DNA of 64,000 nt from Podarcis vaucheri. Lineage: Eukaryota. Under the pieces are notes generated by a model. That model worked only from the letters and a program-made list of their open reading frames with translations. It did not search any database and was not told the DNA's origin. Location of the stretch: the NCBI GenBank assembly GCA_965113315.1, contig OZ220366.1. One strand, given 5' to 3'. The position numbers were made by a program, and so were the translations under genes. How positions within the stretch are numbered: position 1 is the first letter of the stretch; each line of letters begins with the position of its first letter. This document shows positions 1 through 11,338 of the stretch, one piece after another.

Positions 1-224
1 GATTGAGAGCTGCTACCTGAGTGACATTAGCGTCGTCGCCCAGATTCCTCTCCTAGGATTTTACTATTATTATCGTTATGTTTTGCTACTATTATTTTCT
101 CGTCCCCTAAAATGTATTTTATATAATTGACTTTTTAGTTTTATTCTTTGTGTGTTGTATTGTTGTTTTATTGCTATGGCCGATGGCTGACGCAAATAAA
201 GATTCTTATTCATTCATTCATTCA
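1..224 (+). mobile_element. 3' end of a non-LTR retrotransposon (possibly RTE-X-like), truncated by the window start
   Basis: T-rich 3' UTR, AATAAA near 196 and an (ATTC)n tail ending at 224. Confidence 0.55.
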
Positions 225-1579
225 ACTTGATCACCTTATGGCTCCTGTTAGCTCCTAAATCTATGGTTCTTATGTGCAGTCTATTACATATGGCCTAAGA
301 AGGGTATGCATAAACCATATGCTCTTTACTTGAAATACTAGCCCTATCAGCTACAGAACTGGACTATTTGTGGGTAAATGGTTTTATGATAAAATCTAGA
401 GCTGGGAGAAATTGATAAATATATCTAATGATGTATATTACCTCATTTATTTATTTTTTGCTTTAAACAGTTGCATTTTCTGACATCAAATCAACTCCTC
501 TTGGTGCTTGTATGAAGTGGTGATTTTTTTTAATTTTCCTTTCCCCCCTTTCTTTGCTTCCTTCCTATCACATGTTTCACACCTTTCCAACCCCAGCTGT
601 TTAGCAAAAGCAACAGAGGAGTCACAACTCCTTTTATAGACTGATATGTCATTATTCAACTTAATAACCACAGTAATGAGTGGCATGGTAGTGCAGTGAT
701 GCTCACCAAAGCTCCCAACAGCTGAATTGCTGCTGCTTACTCAGAAGGAAGGGGCGGGGCATTGGAAAGGTTGCTACAGTGTTCCTGCAGTGCTTTCATA
801 CCACACTGAGCTCCCCACAATGCCACCTTTCTCTCTTTCCTTCCCAGTAAGCTACAGTGTCAGGATGTGAGGTGAGCACTGCCGCACCACCACGCTGCCC
901 ACTACGGAGTGATTAATAAAGGTCGAATAAGGAAGCCAGGATGAGAGTTGCAGCTTATCTGAGGAAATTACTAGCACTTCAAAAAGCCCTTATTTACTGA
1001 CCAAGAGAGTGGAACTGATTGTTGAACTGACCTGGTTCACATGACAGTTTAAATGCTATTGTTATTACTGTGAGCCGCTTTGAGCTCAACGTTATTGTTG
1101 GAAATGTGGAGTGTGCATATTAAAGTAAGATAACCCATGCCTTTGCAAGAATGAGCAAATGTGTGGGCTCCCAGAGAGGAGCTCACAGTCACTTTGCTCC
1201 TTCCGGGTCCTTTTTACGGCTGTGCCACACAGAGTTAAGCCAAGGTTTGACTTAGTATGTCATCCAAAACAGAATATGTGCTTAAGCTTTCTCTACATTA
1301 ACCCTGAAGTGTAGCCAAGGTTTGTTCTTGCAAGTTCCCCCTTTCCCCTACCTGTGACCTTCTCTCATCCACCCTTTCCACATTCTACCATGGACTCCAT
1401 CTACATTTGTAAAGATAAAGCACTTTATATGCGTTATAACACTGTGCCACCAGATAATGCTATGGAGCCCTGTCTTTTACCGCTGGGATTTCTCTGTATG
1501 AATTTCACAATGCATTTAACTGAATCACTTTTTTGATGTGTCTAGATCCAGCCCATGTTTGGGCCTTCTGATCTTTCAG

Positions 1580-1958
1580 AAGGAGTTATCCTTCCTCCCT
1601 TGCTGATTCCCTATGCCTAGAAATGCTACTCAGAATGCTTCCCCAAGACTACCAACATGCCTTGAAATCCCTCCTCTAAACCCATCTTTTCAATGAAGCC
1701 AATGGAATAGCCTGCTAATTCCAGTGCCTCGGTCTCAATAAACCTTAGTACAACATGTAGCAAACCCACTTACATATTTGTTTCCTGGTTACTCCATTCC
1801 CCTACCCATTCCCTTATTCTTTCCCGTGTCTATTTTTGCAGTCGAAGTCCCTTGGGTGGGGGACCTGTTCTCTATTTCTTTGTAATGTGACTTGTACATG
1901 GGTGGCACTTAGTAAACTGCTGGGTACATAGCTAGCGGGCTAGCTAAATAAATAAAAA
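1580..1958 (+). mobile_element. Old L2 LINE 3' fragment
   Basis: L2-like 'aaatccctcctctaaacccatcttttt' segment and 'ggcacttagtaaa...aaataaataaaa' tail. Confidence 0.5.
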
Positions 1959-2669
1959 TGTTGACTGTTGAATCTTGAACAAAGAGAAGATAACAGATTA
2001 CAGGGTCTGCCAGGCCAGCAGCATATCCTTAGGCTGAGAACAGTCAAATAAGACAAAGGAATGGCTGTGGCGTAGAGTCAGAATGACTCCACTAGAGCTA
2101 AGCAGAGCTACAAATATTAATAAACAGCCTATTTTCTCTACAGATATTTTGTGTCTGGCTATCACTGTCACATATTATTGACTGGTATGTTAAATCATTC
2201 TGCTAGGAAATGCTGCTGTATGTTTATCCCCCGATACAGTCTCTGTCTGAGGTGACAACACTTGAAACAGAGACAATGGGATTTGGTGACTTTTGTTGGT
2301 CAATTATAGTGAAATCTGCTGAATGATGTCACTCTGCCGAGCTTGTATAATTTTCTCTAACACATTCCCTCACTTTCCAAATGCTAAACTACTGAGACAC
2401 AGCAAACCTGCAATCACTAAGTCTGAATCACAAACATGACTGAGAAAGAACTGCCTATACTGGAAAATAAAACCTTTGTATCTGGCTGCGTAACATTTTA
2501 ACAGAAGTGCAGAGCTAGTGTAATTCATAGGTTGGTGATATGTGGTTTGTGGGATCTAGCCAGACTCTGGACTGTGTCAGCTTTCTAGTCCTCATGCTTA
2601 AAAGCATTATTTTTATAATGACAGGTTTGTTATTTGATGTATTTTTGGAGACATCATGTCTGCTACCCC

Positions 2670-2770
2670 TCGTCCAGGGCCAGTGGTGTCCTGAGGAGGC
2701 TCCTGAGGGGACAGATAGAGGGTTCCTGAGGGCCACATTTGTCCCCTGGGCCTGAGGTTTTCCACCTCTG
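2670..2770. mobile_element. hAT (Charlie-like) MITE fragment
   Basis: 'gagggccacatttgtcccctgggcctgaggttttccacctctg' resembles hAT non-autonomous termini. Confidence 0.4.
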
Positions 2771-4084
2771 CACTGGAGCATTGCCTTGTGCAAATGTATC
2801 CTTGTGGAGTGGACAGCTTGTATATGTCTGTACAACTCATAGAATATAGGCAAAAAAGTTCATTTTGCAACATTTCCAGTAGTGCAAATTCTTCTGAATG
2901 GTTTCACCAGCAGACCTGTGGAGTTGGATTCTTCTGTTATACCACACTGGGAAATAAACTCCTGCTAGAACAAGGACCCTTGTGCGAGTGGATGAACAGT
3001 GTCTGATACAAACCACACAGTTTTTCCTGAACACTGGAAAAAAGGAAACTCATAAAATGACAGTTTCTGTCTCATCCAAACTCTTGTCAGCTTTCAAGGT
3101 TAAAGCCATATTTGTGTTTTCAGTTTTTCCTTCTCATAATTGGTAAGGTTATATCTATGAATATTATAGTATCTAATCTGAAAAATTTCAAATAGGTTAA
3201 AAGGCAATCCATCATCTCCTTTAAAATGTGATATTAACAGCTTTATGGTTAAATTAGGCTTTGAAAAATGGGTAAAGGTTGTCTATGAAAAAGCTCTTTT
3301 TTATGACAAAGATAATTGAACCCATGGAGAGGAAAGTATAACCTGGAAACGATTTAGAAAATTCATCACGAAAGTGTGTCATTATATTAATTTAGAGAGA
3401 AAATCACTTTTTTATTTACCCATCTCTAATGAATTCATCTCACTGGGTTCAGAGAAGGGAAGGGAATGACAAAATTTTAATAATGAACATGTCAAACATT
3501 GGAATGTAACCTTGTCATACTCCACATAAGACTGAGTAGTTCAAAAAAAATTTTTTTTAATGCCCTTAACAATCAGTGAAGGGGTTCTTAATATGTAAAT
3601 TCTTCATATAATAAACATTTTTTTATTTGAAAGATAACATAAAATGACTTGGGAAAAGTTATATCCAATAAAACATTAGGGATGCTCTCACTTCTTGCTC
3701 TATTATTCAACAAGAAGGCACATGACTGTGAAAGTTCAATTCTAGAATGAATGTGAAATAAATCAATCCTGAAAAGTAACTATTTATCATCATGAGATGA
3801 TTATAAAGTATAGAACAGAAGTTTGAAGATGGCTGTGTCAAGGACTATTATTTTTTCAGCTCTGAAATTTGGCCAAAGTCAGAGTATGGAGACAAAAAAG
3901 TTTGAGGCTGATTTATGGTCAGCCATATATTTCAGTGCTAAAGTCAATGAGATGATCATAACAGAAATAATAAATTAGGACATCTGAAGGATTATTACCC
4001 GTTTGTGCTGCATTTTAATGCATATTTTAAAATTACAAGTAGTAGACTATACCCAAAGCTACCAAGGATATTAATTAATATACA

Positions 4085-4163
4085 TGTTACATTCCTGCAT
4101 TGCATGGGTTGGGCCAAAGGACTCTTGAGGTCTCTTCCAACCCTACAGCTCTGTGACTCTCTG
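4085..4163 (+). mobile_element. CR1 LINE 3' terminal fragment
   Basis: 'ttcctgcattgcatgggttgggc...gaggtctcttccaaccctacagctctgtgactct' is a typical squamate CR1 3' end. Confidence 0.6.
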
Positions 4164-4697
4164 TTTTTGCTTTTGTAAAGTTAATATACAAATAGCAACT
4201 GGCAGTAACTAATTCAAGCTAAATCATTTGCATAGGTAAAAGCCGCACAGATTACTAATCATTATTACTTTTCAGAGTTCTTTTTCAAACTAGAAATAGA
4301 AGTCTTAAGACTGGTCTATTTCCTGATGACTCAGCCTGCAATTATTCAATGCTTCACATGCTCTCTGTTTATGCCACCATACAGGCTACCATATGTACTG
4401 CTCTTCTTTGTCCTAAATTTGCTTCAATCTCATCCCAATGTCCTGTCCCCAGCTAAAAGCTGTCCAATCCCAACATCCCCTTCCCTGGCAGTTCCCACCA
4501 TAACATCTCCCTATCCAGAATCGTGGTTTTCTGAAAGATCTAGTACATACTAAAGTGCTTGTCAACTATACATGGAACCCTTGGAGATGCTCTTATCAAG
4601 GGCAGTGATAATGATAGTCCCACTTAATAACCAGTGAGATGGCATCTTCTGCCTCTGCCTTCAGCAGGATAATCTGAAAAGAAAGAGTTGAATCTAA

Positions 4698-4877
4698 GGC
4701 TGCATGCACACCATACATCTAAATCACATTTAACATGCATGACTTCCCCCCAAGAACCTTAGGAACTGAAGTCTATCCCTCACAGAAACACAATTTTCAG
4801 CGCCCTTAACAAATCACGTTTCCCAGGATACTTTTGGGGGAAATAATGTGTTTTCAATGTATGGTATACATGCAGCC
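4698..4877. mobile_element. Palindromic MITE, PIF/Harbinger-like
   Basis: TIRs GGCTGCATGCACACCATACAT / ATGTATGGTATACATGCAGCC, inner inverted arms, flanks TAA/GAA (degenerate 3-bp TSD). Confidence 0.65.
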
Positions 4878-5079
4878 GAAGATTAAATTAGTCACAGCTT
4901 GGTCTCACTGAAATCAGCGGGAAATGTTTTATCATAAATGATTTCACTCCAACTGATTTCAATGAGAAAGAAATGTAAATAACTTAGTACAGATCCAACT
5001 CAAAGTATTTTTTGGGCCCATCTGCTCCTGCAACTCCTGTTCTGTTGGTCTCCATGTGGCCTTAACAGTGATAGTACAA

Positions 5080-5340
5080 TGGTCTCTTAAGACAATATGT
5101 GATATATTGTCAATATTTCATCACCTTATAACACAAGGTCTCAAGCCAACTTACAATGCAAAGAAGCAAAATATTAAAGTTACATGCAGTAAAAAAAACC
5201 AAAAGACAATCATATGCTCATTCTCAAACACATCCATACAATTACCATTAGAACAAAAGCCAGCAAAAACCACCCAGGAACAGAATAGAAATTTAACAAT
5301 CAAATGCTTGGGAACAGAGTCTTGCCTGGTGCTGAAAATA
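5080..5340 (-). mobile_element. Old L2 fragment
   Basis: A-rich reverse-complement L2 tail with 'aaatgcttgggaa...gcctggtgc' motif. Confidence 0.4.
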
Positions 5341-6249
5341 GCATGATGTAAAAAGCTGTGAGTTAGTGTCTTTCCAATCTCATTACTGCATTAGCTACTC
5401 CCTAGAATACAGCCTTTAAAAGTAGCATCACATTTAGTTCCAGTGACGGGAGGTTTTCATGGTTTACTTTTTGCTTATTTGCCTATTCCCCAGTACCTTC
5501 AAATTTGAAAATGATCATATGAGACATGACATTCTGTTATCATGTACCAAGTCTAATATCAGTGATTGCTAAACAGGAAGCTACAATTGCTGTTTTTTAA
5601 ACCATGTATTATTATTGTGATATCACACAGCTGAAATCACAGTTCATTTTCTCTGGCCTTCCCAAACTACCTTAGTATTATTTCTAAACCAAACACTTTG
5701 TCCAGCATAAGTCAACTATGGAATCTAGTTGACTAGATACAGGGAAAATAAATGCTGTTTGAGGATTTTGCAGTTGAAGTTGGACTTCAAATCTAATACA
5801 GATGCTAATACCCAAAGTGCATGCATTTGTTAGAGCCAGGATAGGGGTCGAACACACTTGCTGTCTCAGAGGCAACAGCAATTTTAATGCTCTTAGATAG
5901 ACACTGAAATTCAGAAGATGTGAAGAGTGCTATGTCTATCTAAATAAAAGCATTAATGCATATTTGTATATGTGTATATTTGTATATTGTGCACGCTTGC
6001 ACAATCCTACAAAATTTTATACCTCGGCGAGGGTGTCCTAGGGCCATGAAATAGATCAGATATCCTTCTCTGACACTGGTCTTCTGTCTCTGCTGTTGGG
6101 GAAGCAGATTTGAAACCAGATCCCCCCTCTCTTGTCATGACAGAAACATCTAAGGCATTAGCCCAGCTGATCCCCAGAGTTACAATGTTGGCTTTTTCTG
6201 TAAATTGGTTTGAACATGGCTGCTATTCCACCATCAATCCCGCCCGGAC

Positions 6250-6976
6250 ACATTAATTGCTACCAGATCTACGAATAACAAAATGAGTCATATAAGTTGG
6301 CTTGAACTGGGGCCACATTATATCAGTAACATCTGCAAGAGAAATGAGAAGTGTGGGAAGCTAACCTCAGACCTCTTCTTTGGGTGAGCCCAACCCTGTC
6401 CATGCCAAGTGGCATGGCAAAACATAGCCCCAAAGCTAGACACCGCCTTTCATTGTGTAGGGTGCCTTTGTGTGCCCACCCCCTCCCAGAGCCCCAGAAC
6501 TCTGAGCAGATGTGGTAGGCTACCCTCAAAAACATTTCACAAAGGCCCCACATCCATGAGTAGCTGGCCTCCAGAAACATCCTTCACCTTCCAAAGTTGC
6601 ATTATCCTTTGCCACACTTGCCTGCTGAACAATGCTACTCATCCCCAAACTCTTGCTACCACCCTCCCCTGCAAGCCTACAGTACCGAGTAGCTGGGAAA
6701 AGCTGGCCAACTGGGCCAATGTGTGACCAGGCAAAAAATTCCTATTCAGCCTTGGAGCAACTGGAAATCTTGCACTGGAACCTAGGAGTGGGCTGGGCAG
6801 TTGCATAGAAGAAGGAGGAGGAGGAGGAGGAGACACAAACACCCACCCACACCCACCCCTCCAAATAGCCCAGAGATTTTTAATCCTTGTGGACATGCTA
6901 CTGATGCCCTCATGCGTGTACCTATCCTGGTGTTGCAGGCATCTCCTCCTTGCACCCCCCCCCCCAGTTGCCACAA
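6250..6976 (-). mobile_element. Divergent solo-LTR-like element (family 2) with ENE-like motif
   Basis: Clear similarity to 48744-49090 (gggtgagcccaaccctgtccatgccaagtggcatg vs gggtcagcccaccctgtccatggcaaggggcatg; aaaggccccac). Minus strand starts TTGTGGC like family 1 and carries TAGGAATTTTTT...TTTT at 6690-6744. Left boundary approximate. Confidence 0.6.
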
Positions 6977-7789
6977 ATTGTGCTCCTGGGTCAGAATGGA
7001 TAAATATTTAAATGTTAGTTAGGCTCATGGGATACACATCTCATTTTCCAGGAAGTCTGAGAAGATCGACATTCAAACTATACTGCAGGCTTCCTACGTG
7101 ATAGAAATGCAGGGCCGGCAATACAAACTAGCAGATAATGCTCTCCTAGCACTCTCAACTAATTAGTGTGTTTTTTTTTAACATCAGCATGGCCATTTCA
7201 AGATAAAGTTTCAAATGTTTGTTCAGAAGGCTTTATGGATGCCTTTTTTAAATATAAGAACCGTTGATGCATATTAGAAGCATTTGGGTTGAAGCTAAAG
7301 ATGTTATAGGGATTGAGGTGGTTTACCTTTATATATCAATACTTAACGGTTAAAACTCATTCCAAACTGAATATCAGTGCTTTGTAACATTTTAAAAAGC
7401 TGATAATTCTTAGCAGGATTTAGTCTGAGCAACCTCATACTGACATACTGTCATTTCTAAATGTCAAGGATTTTATGCCCACTTCATGAAAACAGATCTC
7501 ATCCTCGGGGATAGTATTTGTACAGCATATCTTTAAAAGCCTTCTAAAATTCAGTTCAATAACCTAGAGTGACCTTTGTTCTTCTACGCAGTCCTTGAAA
7601 CACAGTGAACTTACAAAGAGTTGCTGTATTCTTTCTCTTTTTGCCAGTCTGAAAATTGGTTCCTGCACAATTTTACACACATGGAGACAGCATTCAGTGT
7701 ATGAGGTAAGCTATGGATAATCCCTTATGTGTGGAAAAGGCACAAAGCATGGGATAAATGAGCCTTCTATAACCAGCATGCTCAACTCT

Positions 7790-8240
7790 AATTAATGGAT
7801 AAAGATCGTAAACTGTCCTGCAAGGCTTAGCTATGTCACCCTCACCTTGGGAGAAGGCCTCCCAAACTCTTTGTTCTCACTCTTCCACCATGTGAACCCT
7901 ACCAGCAAGGAGTTCTAAGCCGGATGCTCCAAGCTTAGACTGTGTGGTTTAAGCAAGCCATCTTTGTGTTTCTGCACAAATAATTCAGAAACTCTTACCA
8001 TTTTGGAACCTAAGTTATACTGCCTGCCTTTTCTTGCTGCTGTATGGAAAAGCACATGAATATGACCTTTGACAAGTTTGTAACTAAACCATTTTTAACT
8101 TACCAAACGTATTGTCTCTTTATCTGCTAAGGAAAGTGGAGAACTTTGGAAGCAACTTAGAAAGGATATTTTAAAGGTCTAATGGACTATATTTCCAGGT
8201 TTTACTTTGCAGCATGTTTTGTGATTTTAAAACTCTGTTA
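7790..8240 (+). mobile_element. Unclassified interspersed repeat, copy A (possibly old LTR)
   Basis: Homologous to 26150-26560 (tgtatggaaaagcacatg, tgacctttg, tattttaaaggtctaa, tttactttgc). Orientation arbitrary. Confidence 0.65.
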
Positions 8241-9199
8241 GGGTTTTCTCACCAAAGAGTACTTGCCGCAAACCTGGCATTCAGGGAATTCCCTTTTATA
8301 TCCATACCATCTGTTTCTCCCTTTAACCAAATACAAATTTAAAACCAAGACCAGGGTTTGTCTATAACTGCACCAACCTGGAAAGTACGACTCTGCACAT
8401 TCAGAAAATATGATATTGAAAGAAAGCCTTATTATTTGCAAATCTAGAGCTCAGGTTTTTCAGGTTTGGAGACCCAGCCACTTGTGTGGACAGCCACATT
8501 TTGACAATTTATGGTGGCAGGATGAAAATCATTACTGATACTTCATATGAATAGCTTGCCCATATGGATTACTCCCTGAAAGGTTGCACCTCAAGCAACT
8601 ACCACACCACTGTGGCACATCTTGAAAAGATACATTTGAATGGGTATTGACATTGATTTGCACTCTTTTAACATATTCTTGTGACACTTTGGGGCCATAG
8701 GACATAAGGACAATAGTAAAGGAACCACTATATATATTCCTTTCTTCAGAGTTGGGAAAGAGTCATGGCCCAACCCAACTGCCTTTTGGTCTTATACCTA
8801 TATCAGCTAGGAGTGCAAATAGGCTTTTCTCCATGCCCACTCGTAATGTCTAGTTTGGTACTGAGCCAATGAGGTTTCACCTCTGCCCTTGTTGTGTCAC
8901 TGTGCCCAGAACCACAGGCTCTAGCCTGCTGCTGCTGCTTATATAGAGATTCATTTTATTTTCTGATGTAAGGTGATGCTGTCACTCAAATGCCTGCTTA
9001 AACACAAATGCATTGTCCTTCTGAATATCAAATTGGTACTGGGTTAGATGTGTGCATGTGTGTGCAATGACGTACATATCTTGTAACTTAAAATAATAAG
9101 GTATGAGTGCCAAATTTCAGGTCAAATAATGGGAGGGGAGGAAAGGCGTATACAGTGCAAGAATAATGGGAGTCTAGGGGGTTGCTGCAATTTCATTGA

Positions 9200-9560
9200 A
9201 CAAGCAATGCCACAGAAAGTTAAATCTATTCTTAATTATTTTGTGTTTTTTTTAATTAAGAAGTAAATAACCTTATTAAAAAGAATACTTTCTCTTCTTG
9301 TCATGTTAGTTTGCTCTGTAAGAGACAATTAGTGCAGTCTAAGGGTGAATTATAGAGCTCATTTCATCAATGAGCAGACAAGCTTTCTTTTATGTGCAAT
9401 ATTTGGCATTCTTTGTCAGCAAAGAAATTTGTGCTTCTTTACAGTTTAGTGTATCTTTGTTAGAGAGGAGCTTTCTGCATTTAATTAGGAGAGAGTATAA
9501 CTGATGCCATGATAAAATCTGATAAAAGCAGTTTATATTGTGAAGTAAACTCTCATAGAT
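9200..9560. promoter_or_regulatory. Candidate conserved non-coding element
   Basis: Repeat-free, AT-rich, with clustered TAATTA, TAAATA, TGATAA and CTTTGT motifs; conservation inferred, not tested. Confidence 0.35.
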
Positions 9561-10016
9561 GCACTGCTGGCTCTATGGATTTATTTTGACTGAATGGATG
9601 AATGGATAAATAGATAGTATATGTGTGTCTACATGAAAATAGTGTGATTAAATAAGTAAATATGGAAGTAAGTGAGTAAGTTAGTGTGATTAGAATCACA
9701 GTCTAAGGCAATGAGAGCTTTTATTTTATTCCACATGTTTTGAAGAAGCAGACAGTTTGCATGATAACAGACGTATGTTTTGATTACCTTTAAAGAAGCA
9801 TGGGCAAAACAATTGCTTTAGCTGCTTTAACTGTTTTTAATTTGTGTGCTGCTTGTTTTTGGTGTTGTTGTTGGTTTTTATTGTGGGAGGGGAGATGTGT
9901 CTGGGAAGAGAGGAGCTGGGAGAGCATGTGGGGGCCCAATCATAGTGCTACAGAGTAGGGGGAGGTATGGTGTGGGAGATGGGACAGGCTGTGTGGTCTG
10001 CCTGCACAATTTAGAG

Positions 10017-10130
10017 CAGGGGTCAGCAACCTTTTTCAGCCGTGAGCCGGTCCACCATCCCTCAGACCATGTGGTGGGCCGGACTATTTTTTTTGGAGGG
10101 TGGTGAATGAATTCCTATGTCCCACAAATA
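10017..10130. mobile_element. hAT MITE terminal fragment
   Basis: Starts CAGGGGTCAGCAACCTTTTT; inverted homolog of 34015-34150, the right end of the 33182-34150 element. Confidence 0.75.
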
Positions 10131-11231
10131 CAAATAATTTTTGTCTTTCCATCTATATACAGTGAATGAAAATGCAGACAGGTCCCCCCCCCCAGTTTGT
10201 TTTTCAGTTGCATCATAGGATATACTGATTGATCTGGTGATCTGAATTCTCACGAAACCTATTCTTTTTCTTAGCATTTCTACTTAAGAGTTCAAAACCA
10301 TACTGAAAGTGCCACTATTTAGTGACCTTTTACTCTGTTTCTTATGTATTGATTTTCTTCATCTGACATATGGCGTACCTGCCTGCACCTCTTGTTATTT
10401 TGTCTACAGCAATTATATTCTGTGTGGTGGCATGAACATCTTAGTTATTTGTGCTTCTGTAATATAGTGTTTCCAATATTTTGATGAGTATTTGACACAG
10501 CTGCAGATATCTGCCACACCTGGGCAACCTGTGGACAATTCTGAGCTGACCCTAAGCACCCTGAAGTGGGCGAAATCACTGCTTACTGTGGCCTACTTTC
10601 CCGTGACAGAGGATTTTACAGGCACATAAGAAGCAAGGGGAATAAAGGACTTCCTGCTTCAACAAGGGTAATTAACATAACCACAGAAATAATGCTATTA
10701 ACAATCAATGAAATATGTTACTTGGTTTAGAAAGTTAGTTATTTCTGTTTCCTTAGTTTCCTAGTCTCATAAATTAAAAATGTAAACTGATACTATTAGA
10801 TTTTTTAAATTCATCCTCCAGACAGCATTAAGTTTCTTTCCTTAGAAGAGTGATTCTCAACTAGGGGTCCAGGGACCCCTGAGGGTCTACAGAATGTGCC
10901 CAGGGGGTCCGTGGCACCATCCCCTGCTGGGGGACCCATCGACAAGTTAAAGTACACAGTGAAAGCCTTCCTTGGATCATCCAGCCTCTGCTGGGGGAAA
11001 CTTGTGAGAGTTGCTGGATGGCAACTGGAATTGGGCAAGAACCTATGACACAGTTTCTTAGGGCTTTTGCCATTAGAGGGGGGTGGGGTGGGGAGAGAAA
11101 GAGAGAGAGAGCAAAAAGCTTGCTCCATGGAATGGGTCCACATGCTCATCATTTTTTAAAAACATAAGGGATCCCTTCCCTTTGTGCGCCCCTAAAGGGA
11201 GAAGCTTAAAGGAGACCCCACCTCACCCTGC

Positions 11232-11338
11232 CGGCTGGGGCCAATGCAGCTTGTTTCAGCATGGCTGTTTATCGCCAAACCATTATGTTCGTCTGGTGAT
11301 AAATCACAATGTTGAAAACCCGGTATTGCCCTGCCCTA
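11232..11338. mobile_element. Small palindromic MITE remnant
   Basis: Inverted arms tttcagcat/atgttgaaa and tttatcgcca/tggtgataaa; outer end gtattgccctgcccta looks like a TIR. Confidence 0.55.

Noticed and set aside
11252-11320. Pre-miRNA-sized hairpin
   Set aside because: The palindrome extends outward to TIR-like ends, so it is better explained as a MITE; no known mature miRNA was recognised.
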